Assembly: GCA_963663805.2 (NCBI GenBank) | Contig: CAXXMR010000002.1 | Span: 96,001-160,000, forward strand | Direction: 5' to 3' | Origin: Sedimentisphaerales bacterium | GTDB lineage: Bacteria > Planctomycetota > Phycisphaerae > Sedimentisphaerales > SM23-30 | DNA length: 64,000 nucleotides | Shown here: in pieces, positions 39,959 through 49,796 of the stretch | Numbering within the stretch: position 1 is the stretch's first letter | Layout of the letters: each line of letters begins with the position of its first letter | Position numbers and translations under genes: made by a program | Notes under the pieces: generated by a model | Databases searched by the model: none | Told to the model about the DNA's origin: nothing | Seen by the model: only the letters and a program-made list of their open reading frames with translations

Positions 39959-39991
39959 CAGAGCCGCGCACGTCAGTAAGCGGTTGCCGTT
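39959..39991 (+). repeat. REP-like palindromic element, copy 3
   Basis: CAGAGCCGCGCACGTCAGTAAGCGGTTGCCGTT. Confidence 0.9.
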
Positions 39992-40009
39992 GCCTCTTGC
40001 CTTCTTCCC

Positions 40010-41578
40010 TCAATGCCGATACAAAAACTCTTTGCTGTTAATCAACGCCCAGGCCACATCCGCCGCCGCTTCCTGACCTTCAACCCCGTCCTGCTGCAAA
40101 AACTCGTTCACCAGTGTTTCTTCCTGTTCCGTCGGATACCGAGAAAGAATTGTTAGGTACAGTTCCGTCAAAAGTTTACCCTTATTACGTTTGTTCCGAC
40201 TGTAAATGTTTTTCAAAATCTGGCTTTTCTCCACCTTATCCTGCACGTCCCGCGAATTAAGCAGATACAAACGCTGCTCATCGCTTATTTCCAGATTCCG
40301 CTCCGAGAACATCCCTGTGTCACGAGTAGGCCGACCGAACATTTCCAGAAACATACTCGTTATGCTCCCGTCCTCCAGCTCGATACTCCGGTGGGCTTCC
40401 GGCACAAAAGTAAACGGCTCCGGTATTGCACTGGAATAGCTTTCGTCACCGTCACCAATATAATTCAAAGCGTCAATCAATACCTCCGCGTCCAGCCGCC
40501 GTACCGGATAGCACGCCAGATAAACCGCTGCGTCCGGGTCGTCGGTTTTTGCGATAGACGACTGCTGATAAACCTGACTGTTAAAAATCAGTCGATAGAT
40601 ATGCCGCAAATCATAATGACCACGCACCAGCTCTTTCTCCAGATACGCCAGCACCTCAGGATAAGTCGCCGGGTTATCGTCGCGAATATCATCCGGTTCA
40701 TGAATCAGCCCCCGACCAAATACCCAGGCCCAGATTCGGTTCACTGCGTTTTTGGCAAACCACCGATTATCATTCGCTGTCAGCCATTTGGCAAACACCG
40801 CCCGCGGGTCTTCGTCAGGCCCAACGCTTACTTCCTCACCGTCCGGCAGCACCGCTTTGAATTCAGCCACAGGCCGTGGGTCCAGATACACAATCTCCTC
40901 TTTCCATTCCGCCGTACCCTTAAACGCCACCCGCGAAAAAAACTTCGCCAGCTCCGCCCGTTGCTCCGCCTGCCCCTCGCCCAGCCGCACTCCCATAAAC
41001 GTAAGCGCCGCTGAATCCGCAATCGTGCCCGGCTCGTGCCCCTGCATTGCCCGATAAAAATTTACCTGACCTACCCGGAAATTACTGCCGTTCGAGGTCA
41101 GCAATTCCTGCGCAAATTTATCATAAGGCATATTATCGCGAATCGCTTCATAAACCCACCGCCGATAGGCCTGCACCGCGTTAGGCCAAAGATTAATCGG
41201 AAACTCCGCCTTCACCCGCAAAACATCACACCATTTCAGCGTCCAGTAATCGACAAACTCCTCCCGCTCCACCAGCTCATCAATCAGCATTGCACGCTTT
41301 TGTGAATTATCATTATCCAGAAACTGCCGCACTTCTTTAGCTGTCGGCAATGTCCCAATCAAATCCAGATATACCCGCCTGACAAAAACCTCATCCGAGC
41401 AGAGATTCGTCTGTGCCAATCCCCGCTCCGCCAGCGACCCAAAAATCATAGCATCGATTCGGCCTTGAACCTTACCATCGCTCTCAGCCTCAAAAGGCCG
41501 AACCAGCCCCTCCGCCCAACTAGTCGATTCCAGCGCCAACACTGCCCATATTAACAGTACCAGACCATAATCACGCAT
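40010..41578 (-). CDS. DUF1549/DUF1553 domain protein
   Basis: FVRRVYLDLIGTLPT, NRIWAWVFGRGLI.EPDD, RRLDAEVLID, WALINSKEFLYRH. Confidence 0.9.
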   Translation of the reverse strand: MRDYGLVLLIWAVLALESTSWAEGLVRPFEAESDGKVQGRIDAMIFGSLAERGLAQTNLCSDEVFVRRVYLDLIGTLPTAKEVRQFLDNDNSQKRAMLIDELVEREEFVDYWTLKWCDVLRVKAEFPINLWPNAVQAYRRWVYEAIRDNMPYDKFAQELLTSNGSNFRVGQVNFYRAMQGHEPGTIADSAALTFMGVRLGEGQAEQRAELAKFFSRVAFKGTAEWKEEIVYLDPRPVAEFKAVLPDGEEVSVGPDEDPRAVFAKWLTANDNRWFAKNAVNRIWAWVFGRGLIHEPDDIRDDNPATYPEVLAYLEKELVRGHYDLRHIYRLIFNSQVYQQSSIAKTDDPDAAVYLACYPVRRLDAEVLIDALNYIGDGDESYSSAIPEPFTFVPEAHRSIELEDGSITSMFLEMFGRPTRDTGMFSERNLEISDEQRLYLLNSRDVQDKVEKSQILKNIYSRNKRNKGKLLTELYLTILSRYPTEQEETLVNEFLQQDGVEGQEAAADVAWALINSKEFLYRH

Positions 41579-41706
41579 AGGCCGCTCCTACATATGTGCA
41601 ACCGTATCGGCCGCGGAAACACCACACTTGCCGTCCATGCCGACCAGTGTTCAACGATTCAAATGGCTATATATTGCCATCATGGCCCAGAAATCTCGAA
41701 AATAAC

Positions 41707-43974
41707 TTATTTATTCTGAATCCGAACCTTTTTGCCGCCGTCCTGAATTCCCGACATTAAAACGTGGATACTCAACAGAATATACTCTTCACGTGCCCCC
41801 CCAAATTCCCGCAACCGCTCCCGGCATTCATCTAATACCAATAACACCGTATCAGATAACAAGTTACTAGGTGCAAGCTCGATAAGTTCTATCAATTTCT
41901 CGGCTCCGACCGCTGCCTCGCCCCGTGAGAATTTGTCCGCGCACTCTTCTGCGACCTGCTGGAACCTGTTGTCCGTATGGTTCTGTCGTTGATTTGCCTT
42001 GCTTATCGATAAAATCCCCTGAGCGATGCCGGTTTCCGCATCGTCACGTATACTTTGCCGCAGCCGGATATACTTTTTCTCGTCACCCACGATCCGCGCC
42101 GCCGCCAGCGTAAGTTCACTTCGCAGCGAAGTGTTTTTGTTCGCGTAAAGATAGGCCAATATTGGCTTTAATGCCTCGGTCACCCTCAGCCGCCCCAACG
42201 CCGAAGCACACGCCACCCGAACCTCATCTAAACTTTCACTCTGGAACTTCTCCAGCATGAAACCCCCGCTGTCATAATCACCCAACGTCGCCAACGCCCG
42301 CGCACTGCGGGCCCGCAGTAGTGGATATTCGCTCAGCAGAGTCTCACGCAGGCCCAGAATAGCGCTTTGGTCACCCAGCCGACCCAACGCCCAAGCCGCC
42401 GCCAGAGAAAGTTCTGCATCATTGCCGCCCAGAATCTCCAAAAGCCCATCCAGTACTTCCGGCGTGGACTTCATCCGCGCCAAAGAAATTATCGCTTCAT
42501 ACCGAACGTTGAAACTTGGGTCGTGCATCGCTTCCAAAAGTTCATTCGTACTCAGCGGGCTGCTCAGCTTGCCTAGTTTCTCGGTCAGCGATACCCGCCC
42601 GCTCTCGTCCGGGGCCATGCGATACCTAATCATCAGGCTTAATGTCTGAATCGGGTTGCCCTGGATAAACATACCCACAAACTGTCTTACTTTCATCGAA
42701 CCGCCGCCGCGAAGCTCCCGCAGCAGCACCAGGCTTATCACCAGCAATACCGAGATATACAAAAACAATATGCTGAACTGGTCGATAACAATTCCGCCGA
42801 ACCTCGTATTAACGCCCGCCAGAGCATCCAGCAGCAATCCCGCCGTCAAAGGACCCACTCCGCCGCTAAGCCCCATCACTGCGTAATAAAGAATCATATA
42901 ACCGTTTTTGCGAGCGTCTTCCGGCACCGCGTTATTGAACAGATATGTCCCCGCTGCCACTGCCCAGCCCGTTATCATTATCCCCGAAAAACCCTGAACC
43001 CCTACGCCAATCCAAAGAGAATATTCATGATGACGAGGAATCAGCAGCAGAAAAAAAGGCAGTAGAATAAAAGCGCTCAAACCCGTCAGCATCGTGGGCT
43101 TGCCCCCAAATCTGTCCGCTGCCCAGCCCCATAAAAACGAGGATAAAGTCGCACCCGTATAAAAGGCCATGTCCAGCCAGAGTACCTTTGCGGTATCGAT
43201 ACCCACCTTTTCCTTGAAGAACAGAGGGTTCAACGCCAGAGAAGTAACAGCCAGCGTTACCAGCCCCCAGCCCGCCAGTAAACGCAAAAACTGACGATTC
43301 TTCAGGGGTTCCCGCAGAGTTGTCCAGACCGGCAGATGATGTTCACGAGCTACCGCCGCCCCGCCCGGAACCTGACCGCTGCAAAACAGCCCTAACGCGC
43401 CTATGAATACACCGCCCCCCATGATATACATAAAACGACTCAAACCCGTACCCCGATAGATTATATAACTCGCCCCAGCCATACTCAGAACCACTACCAG
43501 ATTATTCAACGCACTGCTGATAGCTGTAAACTTCCCCCGAATCCGGTCTGGAATTATATCTTTACCCCAGGACAAGCCAGCCGTTTCCGCCACGGACCGA
43601 AAAAGAGCAAACGCCAAAACGATAAATGCCAGCCAGCCAAAAGTAAACTTAATACCCTGCCACGCCAGCAAACCCGGAGTCAACAGCAGACCCAGAGCGA
43701 CAACTGTCCGGGCCCCATAGAACATTAGAAAACTTCGTTTGTATCCCATCCGTTGTATCAACGGCCCCACAAACAACGCTGACAAACCGCAAAAAGGAAG
43801 CAGAGACTGGATTATTCCGATTCGCGTCATATCCAGTTCCAACTCACGCAAAAACAGCGTAAAGATCGCCCCAAAGAAAGTCGTGAACGCGAAAATCGTA
43901 TAGAAAATCCCCGCCCCCAGCTGCCATTTCAAGCTGCGGTGTTTCTCCAGATTGGTCACAATTTCACTACTCAT
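41707..43974 (-). CDS. MFS transporter fused to C-terminal HEAT repeats
   Basis: About 12 TM segments with GWAADRFGGK; then DPSFNVRYEAIISLA, AAAWALGRLGD, RARSARALATLGD repeats. Confidence 0.85.
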   Translation of the reverse strand: MSSEIVTNLEKHRSLKWQLGAGIFYTIFAFTTFFGAIFTLFLRELELDMTRIGIIQSLLPFCGLSALFVGPLIQRMGYKRSFLMFYGARTVVALGLLLTPGLLAWQGIKFTFGWLAFIVLAFALFRSVAETAGLSWGKDIIPDRIRGKFTAISSALNNLVVVLSMAGASYIIYRGTGLSRFMYIMGGGVFIGALGLFCSGQVPGGAAVAREHHLPVWTTLREPLKNRQFLRLLAGWGLVTLAVTSLALNPLFFKEKVGIDTAKVLWLDMAFYTGATLSSFLWGWAADRFGGKPTMLTGLSAFILLPFFLLLIPRHHEYSLWIGVGVQGFSGIMITGWAVAAGTYLFNNAVPEDARKNGYMILYYAVMGLSGGVGPLTAGLLLDALAGVNTRFGGIVIDQFSILFLYISVLLVISLVLLRELRGGGSMKVRQFVGMFIQGNPIQTLSLMIRYRMAPDESGRVSLTEKLGKLSSPLSTNELLEAMHDPSFNVRYEAIISLARMKSTPEVLDGLLEILGGNDAELSLAAAWALGRLGDQSAILGLRETLLSEYPLLRARSARALATLGDYDSGGFMLEKFQSESLDEVRVACASALGRLRVTEALKPILAYLYANKNTSLRSELTLAAARIVGDEKKYIRLRQSIRDDAETGIAQGILSISKANQRQNHTDNRFQQVAEECADKFSRGEAAVGAEKLIELIELAPSNLLSDTVLLVLDECRERLREFGGAREEYILLSIHVLMSGIQDGGKKVRIQNK

Positions 43975-44010
43975 GGCTTACCGTCGCTCAAAACAAAGTA
44001 CTTCCAGAGC

Positions 44011-44814
44011 CTATCTTCCCTGCCAGTTGACTACCGGATTTTCCAGCCGGCCTATACCCTCAATTTCAATTACAATCTTATCACCAACTTGCAGAGATAC
44101 CGGCTCCGGACGAGCGAAACCAACCCCGCTGGGCGTGCCCGTCAGAATAATCGTACCCGGCAGAAGCGCCATATTCCGAGATATATAACTGACAAGCTCA
44201 TCAACCGTAAAAATCATCCCCAGAGTATTGTCTTCCTGCATAACCTCCCCGTTCAGGACCGAGCGAACCCCCAGATTCGTAACATCCACCTCGGTTTCCA
44301 AAACCGGACCCAGCGGACAAAATGTATCAAACGACTTGGCCCGTGCCCACTGCTTATCCAGTTTCTGCTGACAGTCACGCGCCGTAACATCATTCGCACA
44401 CGTATAGCCCAGAATATAATCCGCCACATTTTCTACCGGCACATTCTTGCATTTTTTCCCGATGACCGCCGCCAGTTCAGCCTCATAATCCACAAAATAA
44501 GGTGCCATTTCCGGCAGAACAATCGGCTGTAAATGCCCCGTAACCGTAGTTGTCGCCTTGAGAAACAATACCGGCCGCTCTGGCAGAGAATCATTAAACT
44601 CCGCCGCGTGAGCTCGATAATTCAAACCCACCGCGATAATATTCGGCGGGTCAACCGGCGCCAGATAGCGTTCGACATCATCAAGCTGACAGTATTTCCC
44701 GGTACTTTCATGCTCGCCCAGCAAATCACCTTCATAAAGTTCGATTCGGTTTTCTGCCTGAAATACCCCCAGCCGGGTCTTGCCTTTTACATCGATGAAC
44801 CGTACATATTTCAT
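44011..44814 (-). CDS. Fumarylacetoacetate hydrolase family protein
   Basis: AVGLNY, VDYEAEL, ANDVTARD, AKSFDTFCPLGP, ILTGTPSGVG. Confidence 0.93.
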   Translation of the reverse strand: MKYVRFIDVKGKTRLGVFQAENRIELYEGDLLGEHESTGKYCQLDDVERYLAPVDPPNIIAVGLNYRAHAAEFNDSLPERPVLFLKATTTVTGHLQPIVLPEMAPYFVDYEAELAAVIGKKCKNVPVENVADYILGYTCANDVTARDCQQKLDKQWARAKSFDTFCPLGPVLETEVDVTNLGVRSVLNGEVMQEDNTLGMIFTVDELVSYISRNMALLPGTIILTGTPSGVGFARPEPVSLQVGDKIVIEIEGIGRLENPVVNWQGR

Positions 44815-45069
44815 AGAATCACCTTTTCCTTTTTTTTATTTCCGCGCGACCATCTAACTCTTATTTATCCCGTCAGGCAAGGCCAATATCATCTTTTCGG
44901 CCATTTTTTCGCGGCGTTCACAAAAATAAAACTTTTACCGTCAAATTATCTCGCCCGGCGCACAAAATCACCCTGAGAACAAATAAAGAAAAGAACACCC
45001 CTTGAAAATCTCTCAAACCACCCCCATGTCGTTAAAAAACCGCACAATCCGTGTAATCCGCGGTTAAAC

Positions 45070-45190
45070 ATCCGCGTAATCCGCGGCTAAATATTTTTTC
45101 TGATAGAATTTAGTGCTTGGGGTTTCCAGTTTATCTGGGTTAGGGCTTAGAATTTAGAGCTTAGAATTTCTAGTTTATCTGGCTCAGGGT
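45070..45190 (+). repeat. Composite intergenic repeat X, copy 1 (second copy about 48192-48315)
   Basis: GTAATCCGCGGCTAAATATTTTTTCTGATAGAATTTAGTGCTTGGGGTTTCCAGTTTATCTGGGTTAGG... is shared almost identically. Confidence 0.9.
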
Positions 45191-45384
45191 TGAACAATCT
45201 TAAAAAAAGTACCGAACAAATCCTGTCCCGCCCAGCAAATCAAACCGGTCGTAACCGCCAGAACCACCGCCGTCGCTGTCAGAAGGGCGGTATAAACATC
45301 ATTCCCGGCACCTGACAGCCGACTGACCTTTTTTCCAGTATCAAGAGGGCTCATCGCGTATATCCTCAATCCCCCGTTATTCAA
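45184..45384 (-). CDS. Small membrane protein
   Basis: One TM helix after NDVYTALL; directly follows the coiled-coil gene. Confidence 0.55.
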   Translation of the reverse strand: MNNGGLRIYAMSPLDTGKKVSRLSGAGNDVYTALLTATAVVLAVTTGLICWAGQDLFGTFFKIVQP

Positions 45385-45427
45385 TTTACCTTAACAAATA
45401 ACGATTTTCCGTCAACCAAGCCGGTTA

Positions 45428-46297
45428 TCAATCAAAGCCGGTAGTAACCTTATCGCCCTGAATTACCGTGCCCAGCTTATTGACCAGACGGCCAGCCGAC
45501 TCACTGGCTTCAACTTCGGTCACCAGAACCTCACCAATAAAATTGCCGCCCCGCACGATACGAAAACGGGTATTTTCCCGAACGCCCGACGCCGAACCAA
45601 TCGAAAGTGCCACCAGTTCACCCTTCAGGTCGGTAATTTCACCGCGAATCGGCACGCCCGAATCACGAATCAAAGTCTGAGAAACCTTGTCATCTTCAGG
45701 ACGCATCTCATTCGATGCCAGCGTAACTTCCTGCAAACGACGACGAATCTTGGCGTTTTCGTCTTCCAGTTCCTGAATCTTCTCCAGACGAAGTTTGCCG
45801 ATAAGTTCCAGCTGGCTGCTCTTGACCTGCTCGCCATTGAGCGTCCGACGCAGGTCAATCGTCTGAGTCTGAGCCACGATCATGTTGGCGTGAGATTTGT
45901 TAAGTTCTTCCTGAATAAATTGTTGCGCGACATACATGTTGTCAATCGTATCCCGCAGCGACTCGCTCAGAGCGACCGCCGTATTGGCCGTACTGTCAGC
46001 CTGGGCACGAGCTTTCGACTGAGAGTCACGCTCCCGGGCCAGTTGGCTGACCTGAGATTCCAGCAGTTGAATGCTGTCTTTGAGTTGGGCAAGCACTTTT
46101 TCCTGGCCGGTCTTGACCCGGCTGGTCTCTTCCTGATAAGCCAAAGCCTGGGTCATCGCCGCCGCCGTACGGGCCTTCTGGTCCTCATAGGCCTGACGAT
46201 AATTCGCCTGGTTCATCTCAAAAACTACCAAAGCTCCGCAAAGGAAGATCGCCAGTACCGATACCACAACCACCATCGTTTTGGTTAGAGTACTCAA
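45428..46297 (-). CDS. Membrane-anchored coiled-coil protein with C-terminal beta domain (FlgT C-terminal-like)
   Basis: N-terminal TM, long heptad region, IRGEIT..LVALSIGSASGVRENTRFRIVRG; RBS AGGAG. Confidence 0.7.
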   Translation of the reverse strand: MSTLTKTMVVVVSVLAIFLCGALVVFEMNQANYRQAYEDQKARTAAAMTQALAYQEETSRVKTGQEKVLAQLKDSIQLLESQVSQLARERDSQSKARAQADSTANTAVALSESLRDTIDNMYVAQQFIQEELNKSHANMIVAQTQTIDLRRTLNGEQVKSSQLELIGKLRLEKIQELEDENAKIRRRLQEVTLASNEMRPEDDKVSQTLIRDSGVPIRGEITDLKGELVALSIGSASGVRENTRFRIVRGGNFIGEVLVTEVEASESAGRLVNKLGTVIQGDKVTTGFD

Positions 46298-46602
46298 AGT
46301 GTTGCTCCTTATATTATTACTTTTGTGAGGATTTTAATCCGGGCCGGTAAACCACTGTCTTGCCCCAACTGGGCCCAATGGCCCCCGGCAACTTGGGTCA
46401 GTGCCGATAACTGCCTTAAAATAAAACACTTACAGTCGCTATCGCCGACCGCCAAAACTTCCCTGTCAGACACCCTCCACAAATGTCTGCCAAGGCTAGT
46501 AATTTTAAGTTCACCCCCGGTCAAGTCAAGTAATTTCTCTGCGTACCAAAATATAAAAAAACACCGTTGCACTGTCTTAATAAGCACCGATACAATAATG
46601 AT

Positions 46603-46836
46603 ATGAAATTTATCGCCTTCCTAAAAAGCAACAGCAAAATTCTGATGATATGCTTTGTCATCGGACCTATTCTGGGCGCGGGCGTATTCGTCGAGTGGTA
46701 CAACCGGCTGGAGCACAATGAAACCTCAACTTTCGTGCTAATCTGGATAGCCATCGGTATGGCCATCAGCTTCAGCGTTGCATTAGCCTGCGTATGGCTT
46801 TTTCTGGACGCACTGATAGGCAAAAACAACAAATAA
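46603..46836 (+). CDS. Small two-TM membrane protein
   Basis: Two hydrophobic segments from ATG 46603. Confidence 0.55.
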   Translation: MKFIAFLKSNSKILMICFVIGPILGAGVFVEWYNRLEHNETSTFVLIWIAIGMAISFSVALACVWLFLDALIGKNNK

Positions 46837-46898
46837 CAAAGTTGTCATTCAGGCCCATCTAAAACCAAAAATCGAATTTCACCCCCCGAAGGCTTGTC

Positions 46899-47831
46899 AT
46901 GCCCCGTAGTCTAAGCGAAAAAATCGACCTGCCCGCCTCGATAGTACTCATGGGATTCGTCATTTCCTGGTCGTCAGCCCAGATTTTTATCTATCAAATC
47001 CTCCGTAACGGGGTCTCCGTCTGGGACCAGAATTTCTACCGCTACTGCTGCGTCATGCTCATGGCCTGGCCGATGGTAATCATCAAACGACGCTTACGCC
47101 AGCCTGTCCCTCTGCCTAAAAGTTTGTGGTTAGCAGCACTCATCCCCGCCTTACCCGCCGCCGTTGCCCAGTCCGTCTCGCCTCTGGCACTCAAATACAT
47201 GGAACCAGGAATGATGACCCTGCTCAGCAAACAATATGTCGTCTGGGCCGCCTTGTTCGGCATGTTTTTCTTCCGTGACGAAAGAAATTTAATCCACAGT
47301 TGGCGTTTCTGGACCGGGGCCACCCTGGCCCTGGCAGGCTCCGTCGGGGTTATCCTTTTCAAGCCGGAGGTAAGTTTTCAGGCCGAAATTATCGGTGTGC
47401 TGCTGGTCCTGATTTTCGCTGTAAGTTGGTCAGCCTACGGAGTTTGCATTCGCAGAATAACCTCTCAGGCCGCCCCGCTCACCGGCTATATCCTCGTAAA
47501 TACCTACGTCTTCATCTCCACCGCCGCTATCGCCTTTATCTGGGGCCGACCTGTCCAGATCGCCGAAATCAGCAGCCAGAGCTGGCTCTTGATAGTAATT
47601 TCATCGATTGTGAATCTTTTCCTGCCCCACATGGGCCTCTATTGGGTAATCAGCCGCATCGGCTCAACCCTCACCCAGACCGTAACTCTCGCCACCGCCT
47701 TCATCACCGCCCTGATGTCCTGGCTCTTCTACGATGAACTGCTGACCCCTTTCCAATGGCTCAGCGGACTTATCCTCATCAGCGGAGCAACCCTCACCCT
47801 CCTTTCCCAGCAAGACCTCAAAAAATCCTAA
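46899..47831 (+). CDS. DMT/EamA family transporter
   Basis: About 10 TM segments in two repeats; FFFRDE, LFYDELLTPFQWLSG. Confidence 0.85.
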   Translation: MPRSLSEKIDLPASIVLMGFVISWSSAQIFIYQILRNGVSVWDQNFYRYCCVMLMAWPMVIIKRRLRQPVPLPKSLWLAALIPALPAAVAQSVSPLALKYMEPGMMTLLSKQYVVWAALFGMFFFRDERNLIHSWRFWTGATLALAGSVGVILFKPEVSFQAEIIGVLLVLIFAVSWSAYGVCIRRITSQAAPLTGYILVNTYVFISTAAIAFIWGRPVQIAEISSQSWLLIVISSIVNLFLPHMGLYWVISRIGSTLTQTVTLATAFITALMSWLFYDELLTPFQWLSGLILISGATLTLLSQQDLKKS

Positions 47832-47901
47832 CCCTTTTCTCCCTTGCCGCTTAAACAAAATACCGCTAAAATCCAGGCATCCGTAAGGTCAAACAGAAAG
47901 C

Positions 47902-48058
47902 AAAAGCCGCCCCGCGTAAGAGCGTGTTGCCCAAACAGGAACCGAGCCGCGTAAGCAGCCGGATACGACCACCCAAAAACCGCCACAAGCCCCAAAGGGG
48001 CAAAAAAATTAGTTGCCGTTAAAATCCGCATAATCCGCGGCCAAATATTTTCGTTGTA
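47902..48058 (+). repeat. Composite intergenic repeat Y, copy 1 (second copy about 49558-49722)
   Basis: GCCCAAACAGGAACCG..GCCGGATACGACC..AAAACCGCCACAAGC..AAATTAGTTGCCGTTAAAA shared between the copies. Confidence 0.88.
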
Positions 48059-48141
48059 GTTGTTTGTTGTTTTGAATTTTGTGTTTAGAATTTGTTTAGT
48101 CTCTTACAAATGAAATTTTGCGCAAAATGGCAACAATTTAT

Positions 48142-48315
48142 CAGAGCCGCGCACGTAAGTAAGCGGTGCCGTTGCCGTTAAAAATCCGCGAAATCCGTGT
48201 AATCCGCGGCTAAATATTTTTTTCTGATAGAATTTAGTGCTTGGGGTTTCCAGTTTATCTGGGTTAGGATTTAGAATTTAGGGCTTAGAATTTCCAGTTT
48301 ATCTGGGTTAGGGCT
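48142..48315 (+). repeat. REP-like element copy 4 joined to composite repeat X copy 2
   Basis: CAGAGCCGCGCACGTAAGTAAGCGG, then AATCCGCG modules and TTTAGAA-type heptamers. Confidence 0.88.
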
Positions 48316-48350
48316 CAGAATTTCCAACGAAGTTGGCCTGGGAGACAATC

Positions 48351-49322
48351 ATGAAAAAATTCTTTTTTGTTCTGATACTGGTCGTAATCGCGGTAGTTGC
48401 CTTGTGGCTTATGGACAGCGGCAAGAGCGGCGGCGAATGTGAACCTATCGAATCCGAAATCGCCCTCAAAATGCCCGTAGGCTGCTGGGCCAAAGTACTC
48501 GTCACCGAAGAATACGATATGAGCGAAAAAGGCCTGATGGGCATTACCTATCGCGGCAGCCAGGAAGTCAATGTCTATCTCGAGTGCTTACGCGTTGATA
48601 AAGATGGAGTTATGACCATCCTCCAAAGCTGGGACGCCATCAAACTCACCGGCATGTCCAAAGGCACCCCCTACCAATGGGATTCCGAACTGCCCAAACA
48701 AAAACGCGTCCCCGAATGCCTGATGTGGATGCAGCTCAAAAATATTGACATCGAAGTAAAGGTCAGGCCCGACGGTTCAATCGAGAAAATTCTCGGAGCC
48801 GAAGACCTCGCTGCCGCCTATATCCAGGTCCACCGCCTCGACGACGATATGTCCGAAGAAGACAAACAGGACCTTCTCGAATTAATGACCGAAAAGGTCG
48901 AAAAAGCCTGCGAAAATATCCTCGACGGTATCCTGCCCAGCTACCCCCAGGGCCCCTTAAAGGTCGGCCAAAAATATTTCGTCAAAGGCCGCGCCGCCGT
49001 CATGGTCCAGGTCGATAACGCCCTCGAGCTAACCTATAAAGGTGTTCGCGCTGGCCAGGCCGTCTTCGACAATTACCAGGAAATCCTCGCTGGCAGCTCA
49101 ACTGCCACTATGGGCATCGGCCAAGCCTCCAGCATCGAAAAAGACACCGAAGTCACCGCCCAGGGAGAGCTTACCGTAGATTTAGAAACCGGCCTCTACT
49201 CCTGCGATATGGCTGGCACTATCAAATTCGTCCAGAGAGGCGAAGTCTTGGGCCTGGCCCAGAACAAAGATATGACTGGAACTTGGACCGGCTCAGTAAA
49301 AATCTTCGAACAGGGCGATTGA
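48351..49322 (+). CDS. Exported or membrane-anchored protein of unknown function
   Basis: MKKFFFVLILVV leader with GGAG RBS; beta-rich body with YPQGPLKVG motif. Confidence 0.7.
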   Translation: MKKFFFVLILVVIAVVALWLMDSGKSGGECEPIESEIALKMPVGCWAKVLVTEEYDMSEKGLMGITYRGSQEVNVYLECLRVDKDGVMTILQSWDAIKLTGMSKGTPYQWDSELPKQKRVPECLMWMQLKNIDIEVKVRPDGSIEKILGAEDLAAAYIQVHRLDDDMSEEDKQDLLELMTEKVEKACENILDGILPSYPQGPLKVGQKYFVKGRAAVMVQVDNALELTYKGVRAGQAVFDNYQEILAGSSTATMGIGQASSIEKDTEVTAQGELTVDLETGLYSCDMAGTIKFVQRGEVLGLAQNKDMTGTWTGSVKIFEQGD

Positions 49323-49434
49323 CCTGTTGCCAGATTATCGCTTGCAATTGAACAGACCGGCCATTATATTATCTATCCGGTTGCCCAAGCGACTGTGGAT
49401 GTGTTCCGTAAGTCCTTTTTGAATAAAGGCTTAT

Positions 49435-49505
49435 TGGGGAATAGTGTAATGGCAGCACAAGTGACTCTGAATCACTTAGTCTAGGTTCGAATCCTAGTTC
49501 CCCAG
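49435..49505 (+). tRNA. tRNA-Gln (anticodon CTG), CCA not encoded
   Basis: Acceptor TGGGGAA/TTCCCCA; anticodon arm AGTGA-CTCTGAA-TCACT; T arm CTAGG-TTCGAAT-CCTAG. Confidence 0.97.
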
Positions 49506-49557
49506 TTCTCTGAATAAACGTTGCGGCTATTAAAGACCCCAAATGGGTCGTAACAAC

Positions 49558-49722
49558 AAAAGCCGAACAGCGTAAGCCGTCGGACAGCCCAAACAGGAAC
49601 CGCCCCGCATAAGCGGCCGGATACGACCAAACAAAAACCGCCACAAGCTCCAAAAGGGCGAAATTAGTTGCCGTTAAAAATCCGCGAAATCCGTGTAATC
49701 CGCGGTTAAACATTTTCGTTGT
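49558..49722 (+). repeat. Composite intergenic repeat Y, copy 2
   Basis: Aligns by eye with 47902-48058. Confidence 0.88.
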
Positions 49723-49796
49723 TGTTATTTAGTATTTTGAGTTGATACCCAACCAGAAATTTGGCCAATACCCCCTTATGTACCACGGAGTCTATC

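Noticed and set aside
47828..49713. Small minus-strand ORFs 47828..48031 and 49369..49713 with similar peptides
   Set aside because: They are translations of repeat Y and of the tRNA antisense strand.
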